Both the position numbers and the translations under genes were made by a program. The notes under the pieces were generated by a model, which saw only the letters and a program-made list of their open reading frames with translations, ran no database searches and was not told the origin of the DNA. This document shows positions 38,216 to 48,333 of a stretch of 64,000 bases of DNA, piece by piece (the stretch's first letter is position 1; each line of letters starts with the position of its first letter). Source of the stretch: Patescibacteria group bacterium (GTDB lineage Bacteria; Patescibacteriota; Patescibacteriia; GWA2-46-9); the NCBI GenBank assembly GCA_041660005.1, contig JBAZXG010000003.1, forward strand, positions 64,835 through 128,834, read 5' to 3'.

Positions 38216-38742
38216 AATTTATTTTTGTAAGGCACGGAGAAACGGATTGGAACAAAAAAGGTTTGTTGCAAGGTCATAATGACACAGAGTTAAACAAAAC
38301 GGGCATACAACAAGCGGTTCAGTTGTTGCCCACTCTGGAAAAATATCATTTTGACGTTATATACTCGTCATCCCTAAAACGTGCTTACGAAACAGCAAAA
38401 ATAATAAGTAATCACTTTAATGTGCCCATAATTATCAGCGATCACCTAAAAGAAAAGAATTTTGGCTCACTTGCGGGTAAAAGCTGGCAAGAAAACAGCG
38501 AAGCGACAGGAAAAGATTTAAAAACTATCGATCGGCGTCAGCAGTACGACTATAGTCCATATGGTGGCGAAACAGCAGAGGAAGTTAAGGCAAGAGTTAA
38601 AAAGTTTATTGAAGAGGTAAAAATAAGCGGTTACAAACAACCATTGGTTATTAGTCACGGAGGTATCATTAGAGTGTTGCGTCCTTATTCCGATGAGGTA
38701 CCGAAAGTTATGAATGCCTCGGTTCATCAATTTGATCTTTAG
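38212..38742 (+). CDS. Histidine phosphatase family protein (phosphoglycerate-mutase-like)
   Basis: FVRHGETDWNKKGLLQGHNDTELNKTG (RHGE catalytic motif). ATGA overlap with the upstream gene. Confidence 0.7.
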   Translation: MKFIFVRHGETDWNKKGLLQGHNDTELNKTGIQQAVQLLPTLEKYHFDVIYSSSLKRAYETAKIISNHFNVPIIISDHLKEKNFGSLAGKSWQENSEATGKDLKTIDRRQQYDYSPYGGETAEEVKARVKKFIEEVKISGYKQPLVISHGGIIRVLRPYSDEVPKVMNASVHQFDL

Positions 38743-38751
38743 TGAATAATA

Positions 38752-39210
38752 ATGCGTACCATTAACCGAGACATCGTTTCTGTTTTGTTGCTTTCCAAAG
38801 AGGGTAAGTTACTTATTGGGCTGCAGTCTTTAAATGAATATAATGTTTACCCAGGATGTTGGGGTATTATCGGCGGAGGTGTCGACAACGGTGAAGACCA
38901 AAGAACTGCACTTAATCGCGAAGTATTAGAAGAGTCTGGTGTTGATATTCAAAAATACCATGCGGAGTTGATTGATGTAGCCGGTGGTGAAGCAGAAAAA
39001 ACTTTAAGAAACACGAATGAACGCGTTCTTGTAAAAATGAAGTTCCATGTTTACAGGGTCGTCATGGACGATAAAAACTCAAACGATATCACGGTAACGT
39101 TAAACGATGAGCACTCTGCATATCAGTGGCTATATTCATCTGAATTGAGTCAATTAAAACTTGCGCCTCCATCAGAAGCTTTATTTAAAAAACTTGGATA
39201 TTTGCAATAG
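38752..39210 (+). CDS. NUDIX hydrolase
   Basis: Nudix box GGGVDNGEDQRTALNREVLEESGV (Gx5Ex7REUxEExGU). Confidence 0.7.
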   Translation: MRTINRDIVSVLLLSKEGKLLIGLQSLNEYNVYPGCWGIIGGGVDNGEDQRTALNREVLEESGVDIQKYHAELIDVAGGEAEKTLRNTNERVLVKMKFHVYRVVMDDKNSNDITVTLNDEHSAYQWLYSSELSQLKLAPPSEALFKKLGYLQ

Positions 39211-39221
39211 TGTAATTATCA

Positions 39222-39509
39222 ATGATCTCCCTACTCAAAAAACCGAGTGCCTGGATTCCAATAGTTATTCCGCTACTCTTTTTTGCCTATATAGTTATTG
39301 CAATTTCTTTTTTTGAAATAGTGCGAGAGAAAGACGAAGGAGTTGGTGCGCACCTTTTTCAGTTGTGGCTCCTCATTGAACCGTTTATGGTTGGATATTT
39401 TGCTATTCGTTGGTTGCCGCGTGCACCGAAACAAGCAGTTACGATTCTAGTCATTCAGGTTCTCGCTGCACTTTTGCCTATATCAACAGTTTTCGCTTTT
39501 AAGCTATAA
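39222..39509 (+). CDS. Small membrane protein
   Basis: 95-aa ORF with 3 hydrophobic helices. Confidence 0.3.
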   Translation: MISLLKKPSAWIPIVIPLLFFAYIVIAISFFEIVREKDEGVGAHLFQLWLLIEPFMVGYFAIRWLPRAPKQAVTILVIQVLAALLPISTVFAFKL

Positions 39510-39520
39510 AGAACGAAACT

Positions 39521-40348
39521 ATGAAAGTTCTGTTACTCGGAGCAAATAGTTATGTCGGTTCACGAGTTTATTTAGAACTAAAAAAGGATCATGAAGTAGT
39601 TGGCACATTTCACAACAAAAAACTTTTTACGAATCTCGTCTTTCTTGATGTTACCGATAGGCAAGCGGTAATGGATCTTATTATTAAAGAAAAACCGAAC
39701 GTAATCGTTCACTGTGCAAATCAGGCGAGTAATAGGTGGTGCGAAGAACATTTAGAAGATGCCGTTAAGATTAATCGGGAGGCAACAAAATTTATTGTAG
39801 AGGGGGCGAATATTGTTGACTCAAAAGTAATTTATGTTTCTTCCTTCGCGGCGATTTCTCCGACTAACTTGTATGGAATAATGAAAGAGGAGTCAGAACG
39901 GATGATTAAAACGGTTCGTTCGGGTTACGCAATAATCCAGCCGGGGGTAATAGTTGGTATTAGTCCAAAGATAAAAAAGGAAGATGGATTTTTTAGTTCT
40001 CTTATGGAAAATTTAAATGACAATAAGCCGGCCGAGTATGACAATATCAAAAAGTATCAACCAACCTATTTGGGTCATATTTGCGAAGTAATCAAGTTGA
40101 TTTTAGAAAGAGGTCTTTGGAATAAAACATTTCCCGTAGCATCACTAGGCGTTAAAACAAAGTATGAATTAGCAAAAGACATCTTATCTCCTTTTGGAAT
40201 AACAGTAGAAGAAGTTGAAGGTAGTCACACGATTACTAAGAAAAAGACACAAGGCCTAAAGGAACTAAACGAATCGAGTCTGCCGGTCTACACATATATG
40301 CAGACCATTGAGAAGGTTGTCGAAGAAATTAAAGCCAGTAACTGTTGA
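39521..40348 (+). CDS. NAD-dependent epimerase/dehydratase (SDR) family protein
   Basis: N-terminal Rossmann motif MKVLLLGANSYVGSRVY. 275 aa. Confidence 0.55.
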   Translation: MKVLLLGANSYVGSRVYLELKKDHEVVGTFHNKKLFTNLVFLDVTDRQAVMDLIIKEKPNVIVHCANQASNRWCEEHLEDAVKINREATKFIVEGANIVDSKVIYVSSFAAISPTNLYGIMKEESERMIKTVRSGYAIIQPGVIVGISPKIKKEDGFFSSLMENLNDNKPAEYDNIKKYQPTYLGHICEVIKLILERGLWNKTFPVASLGVKTKYELAKDILSPFGITVEEVEGSHTITKKKTQGLKELNESSLPVYTYMQTIEKVVEEIKASNC

Positions 40349-40351
40349 ACT

Positions 40352-40963
40352 ATGAAAATCTTCCTCGCCACAACCAACGGTGGGAAAATTGAGCGGCTTA
40401 CGAAACTACTAAAACAGATCAACGTAGACATTGAAGTTTATACTCCGGCAGATTTACACATAGAAATTCCCGAAATTGTGGAAACTGGAAAATCTTTACT
40501 CGAGAATGCAAAGACTAAGGCCCGCGCATATTTTGGCAAAGTTCAAATGCCTATTCTTGCAAACGACACAGGTTTTTATGTAGAGGGGGAGGGGTTCATT
40601 GATGCGCCTAAACGGGAAGCGCTTGGAGAGGCCAGCGAGGGTACGTTGTCCTTAGAAGAGATCTCTAAAAAAATGGCAGATTTTTGGAAAGGTATAGCCA
40701 TTAAACACGGCGGCAAAGTAGACGCGTCATGGATTGAATCTTTTGTGGTTCTCTACCAGGACGGCACAATGAAAGAAGCTGAGTCCCGTAGAGATGTTGT
40801 TTTGACGAACCAAGAGTTTGGTACACCGCACGTACAAATGCCGGTACGTGCCCTCTATTACTCAAAAGTCACTAATAAACCCGCCATTCAACATACTAAA
40901 GAAGAGGAGATTCAAGAGATGAAGCCGATCATAGATGCTTTAGTCAATGTGTTAGAATATTGA
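40352..40963 (+). CDS. Non-canonical purine NTP pyrophosphatase, RdgB/HAM1 family
   Basis: MKIFLATTNGGKIERL, ETGKSLLENAKTKARA and LANDTGFYVEG match the HAM1 signature motifs. Confidence 0.6.
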   Translation: MKIFLATTNGGKIERLTKLLKQINVDIEVYTPADLHIEIPEIVETGKSLLENAKTKARAYFGKVQMPILANDTGFYVEGEGFIDAPKREALGEASEGTLSLEEISKKMADFWKGIAIKHGGKVDASWIESFVVLYQDGTMKEAESRRDVVLTNQEFGTPHVQMPVRALYYSKVTNKPAIQHTKEEEIQEMKPIIDALVNVLEY

Positions 40964-40993
40964 TTTTGGAAGCGTAGGGATGGTATTTGGCGC

Positions 40994-41021
40994 TTGACAG
41001 TAAATAACCGTTGTATATACT
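40994..41021 (+). promoter_or_regulatory. Sigma70-like promoter for the toxin-antitoxin operon
   Basis: TTGACA (40994-40999), a 16-nt spacer, then TATACT (41016-41021), 8 nt before the ATG at 41030. Confidence 0.45.
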
Positions 41022-41029
41022 ATAGATAT

Positions 41030-41305
41030 ATGAAAACTATTATCAACGTGAAAGCAGATAGGGACACAAAAATTAAAGCGCAACGTTTAGCAAAAGAGCT
41101 TGGATTACCTCTAAGCGTTGTTATTAACCAGTATTTAAAGGACTTTATACAGCAGGGTAAAATTACATTTTCGCAACCCTTGATGCCAAATACCAGAACT
41201 CGAAAGATGCTTGATCGGGTATTGGCTGACATCAAGAAAGGTAAGAATGTATCTCAGAGCTTTAACAATGCAAAGGATTTGATTGCTGACTTAAGAAAGA
41301 AGTAA
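41030..41305 (+). CDS. DinJ/RelB-family antitoxin
   Basis: MKTIINVKADRDTKIKAQRLAKELGLPLSVVINQYLKDFIQQGKI is a ribbon-helix-helix DinJ-like protein. The internal ATG was chosen because of the promoter position. Confidence 0.6.
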   Translation: MKTIINVKADRDTKIKAQRLAKELGLPLSVVINQYLKDFIQQGKITFSQPLMPNTRTRKMLDRVLADIKKGKNVSQSFNNAKDLIADLRKK

Positions 41306-41565
41306 TGTTGGTGCGTTATCACCGAGACTTTAAGAAGCAGTTTCAGAAATTAACTTTAAAGCAACAAAGCCAGTTTGATGAAAGGTTGGCCATTTTTAGC
41401 AATGATCCTTTTGCGTCGCAGTTGAATAATCATTCATTGCGGGGTGTTTACCAGGGCTGTCGCAGTATAAATATTTCCGGTGATCTACGAGTGATCTATG
41501 TTGCTGACAATGAAGGCGTTGCGTTACTTATAGCCATTGGAACGCATAGCCAGCTTTATGGGTAG
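41305..41565 (+). CDS. YafQ/RelE-family mRNA interferase toxin
   Basis: HSLRGVYQGCRSINISGDLRVIYVADNEGVALLIAIGTHSQLY matches the YafQ/RelE C-terminal motif. 1-nt overlap with the antitoxin. Confidence 0.65.
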   Translation: MLVRYHRDFKKQFQKLTLKQQSQFDERLAIFSNDPFASQLNNHSLRGVYQGCRSINISGDLRVIYVADNEGVALLIAIGTHSQLYG

Positions 41566-41567
41566 CT

Positions 41568-42113
41568 ATGATTAAAGTTGTAACTGTTCATGGCAGGTTC
41601 CAGCCGCCGCTACATAAGAATCACTGGAACTATATTAAAGCAGCTTTTGGCGTTGCAGAAAAAGTTATTATTCTTATCACTAACCCCAACCTGTCTGAAA
41701 AAGCTGTACCTGAAGCTGAACACAGAAATAAAGCTGATAATAATCCGTTGTCGTACGATGAGAGAGTAAAAATCTTTAAATCTTTTTTTGACAACATTGG
41801 CATCGCAAAAAATAGGTATGAATTCAAACCTTTTGATATTACCGACGAGAAGGAGTGGAGGAAGTTAGACAAGGGCACTCCAAATATGGTTAACGTGTAT
41901 AGTGACTGGAGTAATTCGAAGCTAGAAAAATTTAAAACACATGATCTTAAGGTTATTCGACTAGATCTTCAGCCGTTGGACGGTGTATCTGGAACACGTA
42001 TTCGTGAAATAATCTGGCGAAATATTGACGCATCTCAGATGCGAAATGAGTTGTTAAAAGCAGGGTATATGGAAGAAGCAATTCCAGGTCTTTTTGAAGT
42101 ATTGGGTTATTAG
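41568..42113 (+). CDS. Nicotinamide-nucleotide adenylyltransferase-like (NadM-type nucleotidyltransferase)
   Basis: VTVHGRFQPPLHKNH resembles the GRFQPFHxGH class-I nucleotidyltransferase motif. Confidence 0.5.
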   Translation: MIKVVTVHGRFQPPLHKNHWNYIKAAFGVAEKVIILITNPNLSEKAVPEAEHRNKADNNPLSYDERVKIFKSFFDNIGIAKNRYEFKPFDITDEKEWRKLDKGTPNMVNVYSDWSNSKLEKFKTHDLKVIRLDLQPLDGVSGTRIREIIWRNIDASQMRNELLKAGYMEEAIPGLFEVLGY

Positions 42114-42135
42114 TAAGAAGTGATATAATACTTCT

Positions 42136-43182
42136 ATGACAAACACTCAAAACAATCTTCATAGTTTCTGGCAGCGCACCTCGTGGCTTACGGTTATATT
42201 GGCAATTTTAACGGTTGTTACTTTCATTGCTGTATCGAACCCGGGTGTTCGATATGCGGTGCAACTCGGAACGCGAGGAGTAATGATGGAAAATGCAGGT
42301 AGCTCAGGGGCGGTGCCTTCGGTGCCTGCTGATGTTTCAACGAAGAGTATTGATGGATTGAACTATCCCGAACAAGGCATGATGGATTTGAGTTATCCGT
42401 ATCCATACCAAAATCCTGATGTACCAGTGACCGATACGCGTGAACTCATGAAAACCTATTACAGCGCGTCAATGAGGACTCGCGACGTGCAAGGTCTCAC
42501 GCGACGCGTTGAAACAACGGTTCGTGGGTACAGTGGGCGGATAGATCAGCAAGCAAGTTCGCCAAAATACGGTTTCATTAGTTTTTCCGTACCGCAGAGT
42601 AAGTACGACGCATTCCGAACCGAACTTGAAAGTATGGTTGGTAGCCGTTTCCTCACAGTTAATATCTCATCTCAAAATCTTTTACCGCAGAAGCTAAGTA
42701 TTGAGGAACAACAAACGCAGGCCGACAAGGCCCTAGCGGATTACACTATGGCACGTGAAGATATTACAACCGCGCATACAGCTGCCGTGCAATCCCTGCA
42801 GTCGAAAATTGACGACGATGAACAGCAATTGATTGCACTTCGAGCCAAACCAGAAACACCAAAAATACTGGCAGAGATACAGGCGGTGTCGAGTGACTTG
42901 GCATTACAGAAAAGGCGGCTCGATAGTGAAAACGCTTTGTATTCGACGCGTCTAAAAAACGCTGATAGGAATATTAAGTTTGCAGAGGATCGGCAAAAGG
43001 CAGTTCAAACGCAAGATAAGACACTACTGGACAACGTTGCAACGGTAACCGGCATCGTTTCTGTTCAATGGATTAGTTTGTGGAATACTGTTCTGCTCTA
43101 TCTACCCGGTTACTCAATTCCATCAATTTTTGCCGTACTGACGATTTTTTCAGTTGTTTGGGACCGCCGAAAACTTAGCTAG
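42136..43182 (+). CDS. Hypothetical membrane-anchored coiled-coil protein
   Basis: TM helices at the N- and C-termini with a coiled-coil middle. No recognised motif. Confidence 0.3.
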   Translation: MTNTQNNLHSFWQRTSWLTVILAILTVVTFIAVSNPGVRYAVQLGTRGVMMENAGSSGAVPSVPADVSTKSIDGLNYPEQGMMDLSYPYPYQNPDVPVTDTRELMKTYYSASMRTRDVQGLTRRVETTVRGYSGRIDQQASSPKYGFISFSVPQSKYDAFRTELESMVGSRFLTVNISSQNLLPQKLSIEEQQTQADKALADYTMAREDITTAHTAAVQSLQSKIDDDEQQLIALRAKPETPKILAEIQAVSSDLALQKRRLDSENALYSTRLKNADRNIKFAEDRQKAVQTQDKTLLDNVATVTGIVSVQWISLWNTVLLYLPGYSIPSIFAVLTIFSVVWDRRKLS

Positions 43183-43184
43183 GT

Positions 43185-43991
43185 GTGCATAGCTCACTAG
43201 CGGACAAAGAGTTTAAAGAATTCGCAGAAGACTTCGCAAGGCGCGCAGGCGGTATAATGCGCGAGAACTTCAGTTTGGGTATGCGAAAAGACTGGAAGTC
43301 AGACGGCGGTCCCGTTACTGAGACTGACTTAAGTATAAATTCTCTTTTGATTAGCGAGGTTAAAAAACGATTTCCAGACCACAGAATTTTAGCTGAGGAG
43401 CAAAGCGATTTAAGTGGTAGTTCCCCTTATACATGGGTCTGCGATCCTGTAGACGGCACTATACCATTTTCGCACGGTATACCAATTTCAACTTTTTCTC
43501 TCGCTTTAACTAAAAATGGTGAGAGTATCTTAGGTGTTGTTTATGATCCTTTTCAGAGTAGACTGTACTCGGCAGTCAAAGGTGAAGGCGCCTTTATGGA
43601 CGGGAACAAAATGCATGTTTCAACGAAAGATCAATTGAAGTTGTCCGCCGGAGAATATGAGATGTTTGAGATGGCGAAATACGATGTTAACAAACTACAA
43701 GAGCGGCTAACAAACGAGGGGGTTAAATTGATGCGGTTGTGTTCTGTGGTTTATCCGTCAGTATTAGTAGCCGCTGGGGAACTGGCTTTCACGATTTTTC
43801 CTCACACCACAGCTCATGATGGGGCTGCAATTAAAGTAATCGTTGAAGAGGCGGGCGGAAAGGTGACAAATATTTTCGGTGAAGAGCAAGCGTATGATAC
43901 AGAAATTGAAGGATTTATTGCCTCAAACGGTTTTCTACACAAAACGCTAGTTGACCTGTGCAAAGAACTAGTCGTACCGCAAAAAAAATGA
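43185..43991 (+). CDS. Inositol monophosphatase family protein
   Basis: WVCDPVDGT (DPIDGT) metal-binding motif and an IMPase-like N-terminus. Confidence 0.7.
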   Translation: MHSSLADKEFKEFAEDFARRAGGIMRENFSLGMRKDWKSDGGPVTETDLSINSLLISEVKKRFPDHRILAEEQSDLSGSSPYTWVCDPVDGTIPFSHGIPISTFSLALTKNGESILGVVYDPFQSRLYSAVKGEGAFMDGNKMHVSTKDQLKLSAGEYEMFEMAKYDVNKLQERLTNEGVKLMRLCSVVYPSVLVAAGELAFTIFPHTTAHDGAAIKVIVEEAGGKVTNIFGEEQAYDTEIEGFIASNGFLHKTLVDLCKELVVPQKK

Positions 43992-44000
43992 AGCAGTCTG

Positions 44001-44354
44001 TTATCTTCCCGCCTGCCTGGTGTTGAAAATGTTCGGAGAATAGAAACCAGTAAATTGCTTGACCCTATGCATGTCGCCTGTTTCGTAAAGTACGGCGGCG
44101 AGAACTTCTTGATCACTCAGAATAGTTACTCTTTCACGTAGTGCACAATAAAGCGCAACCTCAGCCGGTTCTAAGGCAATGCCTGTATATCGAGCCATGT
44201 TTTCAGCCTGCCCACGCGAATTTGGGTTAAGCACGAATTCAGGATTTCCCGTAAGCTCACGAGCAGCTTGAAGCACGTCCTGGTTGAATTGCGGGCGGCC
44301 TTCAGTTGTGAGACCTCCGGGCGCGCCTTCGTGATTTTCGGGAGAATCTATCAT
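44001..44354 (-). CDS. Hypothetical protein
   Basis: 117-aa ORF on the minus strand with no recognised motif. Confidence 0.3.
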   Translation of the reverse strand: MIDSPENHEGAPGGLTTEGRPQFNQDVLQAARELTGNPEFVLNPNSRGQAENMARYTGIALEPAEVALYCALRERVTILSDQEVLAAVLYETGDMHRVKQFTGFYSPNIFNTRQAGR

Positions 44355-44376
44355 AGGATAAATATATGTTGAGTCT

Positions 44377-45669
44377 GTGAATTTAGCAACCAGTCAGCAA
44401 TTTGGAGATATTAACTTTGGGCGATACAATGTTTTCATAACATTCAAGAAGAATACCTCTATGACAGAGCCGACACTAGATAAGCAAACAAACAAGAGAA
44501 TTTTTGGATTGCCAAAAAATATTTTCTTTCTTGGTCTCACCAGCTTTTTTAACGACTTTTCTTCAGAGATGGTGTTCTCGGTTTTTCCTGCTTTTTTTAC
44601 GTCGGTTTTGAAAGCCGGTGCTGGCGCTCTTGGCTTAGTCGACGGCATAGCTGAAGGGTTGTCAAATCTTTTCAAAATTTATTCGGGGGCTCTCTCTGAT
44701 AAATTTCAAAACAGAAAGCAGCTCATCGTTATAGGTTACACACTTTCTGTTCTTACCCGCCCTTTTTATGTTTTGACGTCAGTCGTTTCAGGTGCTCTCG
44801 GACTTCGTGTTTTAGATAGGGTAGGGAAGGGGCTTAGAGACGCACCACGAGACGCAATTATTTCACTCTCGTCACCAAAAGAAGAACTCGGTAGGTCTTT
44901 TGGGTACCATCGCACCATGGATACACTTGGCGCAATTCTCGGCCCACTGGTCGCTTACTTTATACTCAAGAATTATCCACTGCGTTTTAGTGCGGTTTTT
45001 ACGACTGCTTTTTTTGTTGGCATCATCGCCATTGGTACATTATTTTTTATTTCTGACATTGCGTTACGTACCTCAAGCCGCCCCGTAAGTATTACTGATG
45101 TTTTTAAAAAAATACCACCAAAGTTCAAAATTTTCTTGTTCTCCATTTTTGTCCTTTCACTCGGCAGCATACCAATTGCCATTCTTCTTTTGAAAACGCA
45201 ATCGATTGGTTTAATGATCGCTGATATCCCGTTGTTTTATATGGTCTACAACCTGTCATACGCAGGGTTCTCAATAACAGCTGGTAGGGTGAGCGATAAA
45301 GTCGGTGCGAAAGCCGTTATCTTTGTTGGCTACGCCATTCTCTTGGTGAGTTATTTATTTCTTTACGAAGCAAACACTGCCTGGGTATTAGTTGCTAGTT
45401 TTTTTATTCTTGGCCTCTTTCCTGCGCTTACTGATGGCGTGCAGCGATCTTTGGCGGCGCAACTGACAACAGAAGAACTTAGGGGCGGTGCGCTTGGCCT
45501 TTTGAATGCTGCAGTTGGTATCGGTGCGCTTTTTGCCGGCGTTGGTGGTGGTTATTTATGGCAAGTATACGGCTCGGGATTTGCATTCTTCGCTGCTGGC
45601 GTTGCTATCGTTATTGGGCTATTCTTGTTTTTCTATTCAACGAGAACTGAAAATGCAGTTACAAACTAA
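44377..45669 (+). CDS. MFS transporter (the start may be the internal ATG at 44461)
   Basis: 12 predicted TM helices with a GLRVLDRVGKGLRDAPRDA MFS loop motif. Confidence 0.65.
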   Translation: MNLATSQQFGDINFGRYNVFITFKKNTSMTEPTLDKQTNKRIFGLPKNIFFLGLTSFFNDFSSEMVFSVFPAFFTSVLKAGAGALGLVDGIAEGLSNLFKIYSGALSDKFQNRKQLIVIGYTLSVLTRPFYVLTSVVSGALGLRVLDRVGKGLRDAPRDAIISLSSPKEELGRSFGYHRTMDTLGAILGPLVAYFILKNYPLRFSAVFTTAFFVGIIAIGTLFFISDIALRTSSRPVSITDVFKKIPPKFKIFLFSIFVLSLGSIPIAILLLKTQSIGLMIADIPLFYMVYNLSYAGFSITAGRVSDKVGAKAVIFVGYAILLVSYLFLYEANTAWVLVASFFILGLFPALTDGVQRSLAAQLTTEELRGGALGLLNAAVGIGALFAGVGGGYLWQVYGSGFAFFAAGVAIVIGLFLFFYSTRTENAVTN

Positions 45670-45700
45670 CTCGTGCCCGTATTAAAAGTAATTTCAATGC

Positions 45701-46474
45701 ATGAAAGTCATTAATAAAAAAATTCCGTCAAGTCAGGGCAACCTTGCCGCGGTTGTGCATTACCCGAACTCAGTGACGGATAAGCTTGCAATACTTTGCC
45801 CTGGTTTTTTAGATACAAAAGATTATGCACATCTGGTTGCTTTAGCTAACGAGCTTAGTAAAGTCGGGTATACCGTTGTTCGATTCGACCCCACAGGAAC
45901 ATGGGAAAGTGCAGGGTCGATTACCGACTACACCACAACTCAATATCTAGCGGATATTAAAAGCGTTCTTGAGTACATGCTCCAGGAGCGACCGTACACG
46001 CACGTTTTTCTTGGTGGGCATAGTCGCGGGGGTTTCATGTCACTATTGTATGCAGCTCGAGACACAAGAATCAATAAAGTTTTAGGAGTTATGCCGTCTT
46101 CCGGACGCAGATATACAGAGGATGTTCGTGATGCATGGAAAACAACTGGCTTTTACATCTCAAAAAGAGATGTACCTGGCAGTCCGAGCGAGATACGTGA
46201 ATTTCGTGTTCCTTATTCTCATCTGGAGAACAGAGACCAGTTCAATATTTTTGAAGATGTCAAAAAGATAACTTCTCCAGTTGTTTTGATTGCAGGTGAA
46301 AGGGATACGTTAGTGTTGCCAGTAGACGTTAAGAAGATTTTTGACAGCGCCAATGAGCCAAAGAAATTTGTCGTAATTCCAAAAATTGGGCACAGTTACC
46401 GTCACGACGAAAACGAAATCAAGGTTGTTAATAACATCATCTTGGACGAACTTTTGACTGAACGCGTGGTATAA
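45701..46474 (+). CDS. Alpha/beta hydrolase
   Basis: Nucleophile elbow GGHSRGG plus a C-terminal His. Confidence 0.6.
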   Translation: MKVINKKIPSSQGNLAAVVHYPNSVTDKLAILCPGFLDTKDYAHLVALANELSKVGYTVVRFDPTGTWESAGSITDYTTTQYLADIKSVLEYMLQERPYTHVFLGGHSRGGFMSLLYAARDTRINKVLGVMPSSGRRYTEDVRDAWKTTGFYISKRDVPGSPSEIREFRVPYSHLENRDQFNIFEDVKKITSPVVLIAGERDTLVLPVDVKKIFDSANEPKKFVVIPKIGHSYRHDENEIKVVNNIILDELLTERVV

Positions 46475-46482
46475 TTAGACTC

Positions 46483-47379
46483 ATGAAAACACTACCTCGT
46501 CTTGGCCTTGGTACCTGGAAATCTGAACCCGGCAAAGTCGGCGCTGCCGTAACGCACGCCATAACGAATTGTGGTTATCGGCATATTGACTCAGCCGCAA
46601 TTTATGGTAATGAAAAAGAAATCGGCGAGGCATTAAGTAAACTATTCACGACAAAGACCATCACGCGCGAAGAATTGTTCGTTACGAGCAAGCTCTGGAA
46701 TAACATGCATAAAAAAGAACGGGTGCGCATGGCCTGTGAGAAAACACTAAAAGACCTACAGCTTGATTATCTTGACCTTTACCTTATGCACTGGGGCGTA
46801 GCTATGCCCGAAAGTGGTCAGTCCTTTGATGAGGAAGGTCTTCTTGTCACCGAAAAAACATCAATTCGCGAAACCTGGGAAGCTATGGAAGAGTTAGTTG
46901 ACGCTGGCTTAGTGCGGAGTATCGGCGTTGCAAATTTTACCGCACCGATGCTTCTCGATCTTCTAAGCTACGCCAGGGTTTTACCAGCCATGAACCAAAT
47001 TGAGTTGCATCCCTATATTCAGCAACCCGAGCTCGTTCAATTTTGCACTGAGAGAGGCATACAGGTGACTGCTTATTCACCACTTGGCTCACGGGGTAAT
47101 ACTGAAAAACGAGGATTGCCTTCGCCGCTCGACGACGCAACAATCATATCTCTTGCAAAGCAACACAATAAAACGCCGGCGCAGATTGCACTTCGCTGGG
47201 CAATTCAGCGCAAAACAATACCAATACCGAAAAGCGTAACGCCGAAAAGAATTAAAGAAAATTACGATGTCTACGACTTTGAACTATCAGAGAGCGACAT
47301 GCAAGCAATACGGCAAATAGACAAAAATATGCGGTTCATTGATCCGAGTTTATGGTGGAAAATTCCTTACTTTAATTAA
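46483..47379 (+). CDS. Aldo/keto reductase
   Basis: LGLGTWKS, IDSAAIYGNE and the overall AKR TIM-barrel pattern. Confidence 0.75.
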   Translation: MKTLPRLGLGTWKSEPGKVGAAVTHAITNCGYRHIDSAAIYGNEKEIGEALSKLFTTKTITREELFVTSKLWNNMHKKERVRMACEKTLKDLQLDYLDLYLMHWGVAMPESGQSFDEEGLLVTEKTSIRETWEAMEELVDAGLVRSIGVANFTAPMLLDLLSYARVLPAMNQIELHPYIQQPELVQFCTERGIQVTAYSPLGSRGNTEKRGLPSPLDDATIISLAKQHNKTPAQIALRWAIQRKTIPIPKSVTPKRIKENYDVYDFELSESDMQAIRQIDKNMRFIDPSLWWKIPYFN

Positions 47380-47398
47380 TAGGTACTAACTTTACAAA

Positions 47399-48331
47399 AT
47401 GAAAAAATCTTCTATTGGAGCATTGCTCATCATGCTAGCTGCCGCGCTCTGGGCGCTTGATGCGCTCATTCGCACAACATTGACAACGACGATTCCATCA
47501 ACCTGGATTGTTTTTATTGAGCACTTTGTCGGTCTCATTGTTCTTTTGCCATTTCTCATTCGTGAGCGGAGTGTTTATAAAACGCTGACAGTAAAAGATT
47601 GGCTCGTTGCCGTTGGACTCACGCTCGTGAGCAGTGTATTCGGTACATTACTCTTTACACAGGCGCTGGCACTGAGTTTTGTGAACTTCGATTTTGCAAC
47701 GCCGGTACTCCTACAGAAACTTCAACCACTTTTTACCATTGCCGTAGCGGGGCTTTTCTTAAGAGAGAGAGTGAGTCTGCGTTACCTGTTCCTAGTGCCT
47801 GGTGCATTTATTGGCAGCTACATGATCAGTTTCGGGACTGAGCCGATTACGTTTCAACTGGCCGGAAAGGAACTCGTCTATGTTTTAGCTATTGGGGCTG
47901 CAGCTGCTTGGGGGAGCGGTACGGTGCTAAGTAAGTCCTTACTTAATAAAATGAACTATTCAGCAGCCACGGCACTTCGGTTTCTTCTTGCGATTCCGTT
48001 AAGTCTTGGTGTTGCCCTATATCTCGATCCGCATTATTCCGTTATGGGCTTGCAGTTTGCCGAATTGTGGCGTTTTCTATTGATTGCCCTGACCACTGGA
48101 GCTGGCGCAATTCTTATCTACTATCGAGGGCTGCGCCATACAACCGCAAGTGTGTCGACTATTGCTGAGCTGACGTTTCCCATTGTGAGCATTTTGATTG
48201 CCATAACCTATCTCAACCCCTATGGAGAGCCGCAGCACCTTACACTCGCCAATATTTTTGGTATACTTATTTTGCTCTCCTCCATCTTAGGCATTGGTTT
48301 TGATAGGGAAGCAGTTAAACAACATAGCTAA
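47399..48331 (+). CDS. EamA/DMT family transporter
   Basis: 10 predicted TM helices in two EamA-like halves. Confidence 0.55.
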   Translation: MKKSSIGALLIMLAAALWALDALIRTTLTTTIPSTWIVFIEHFVGLIVLLPFLIRERSVYKTLTVKDWLVAVGLTLVSSVFGTLLFTQALALSFVNFDFATPVLLQKLQPLFTIAVAGLFLRERVSLRYLFLVPGAFIGSYMISFGTEPITFQLAGKELVYVLAIGAAAAWGSGTVLSKSLLNKMNYSAATALRFLLAIPLSLGVALYLDPHYSVMGLQFAELWRFLLIALTTGAGAILIYYRGLRHTTASVSTIAELTFPIVSILIAITYLNPYGEPQHLTLANIFGILILLSSILGIGFDREAVKQHS

Positions 48332-48333
48332 TT

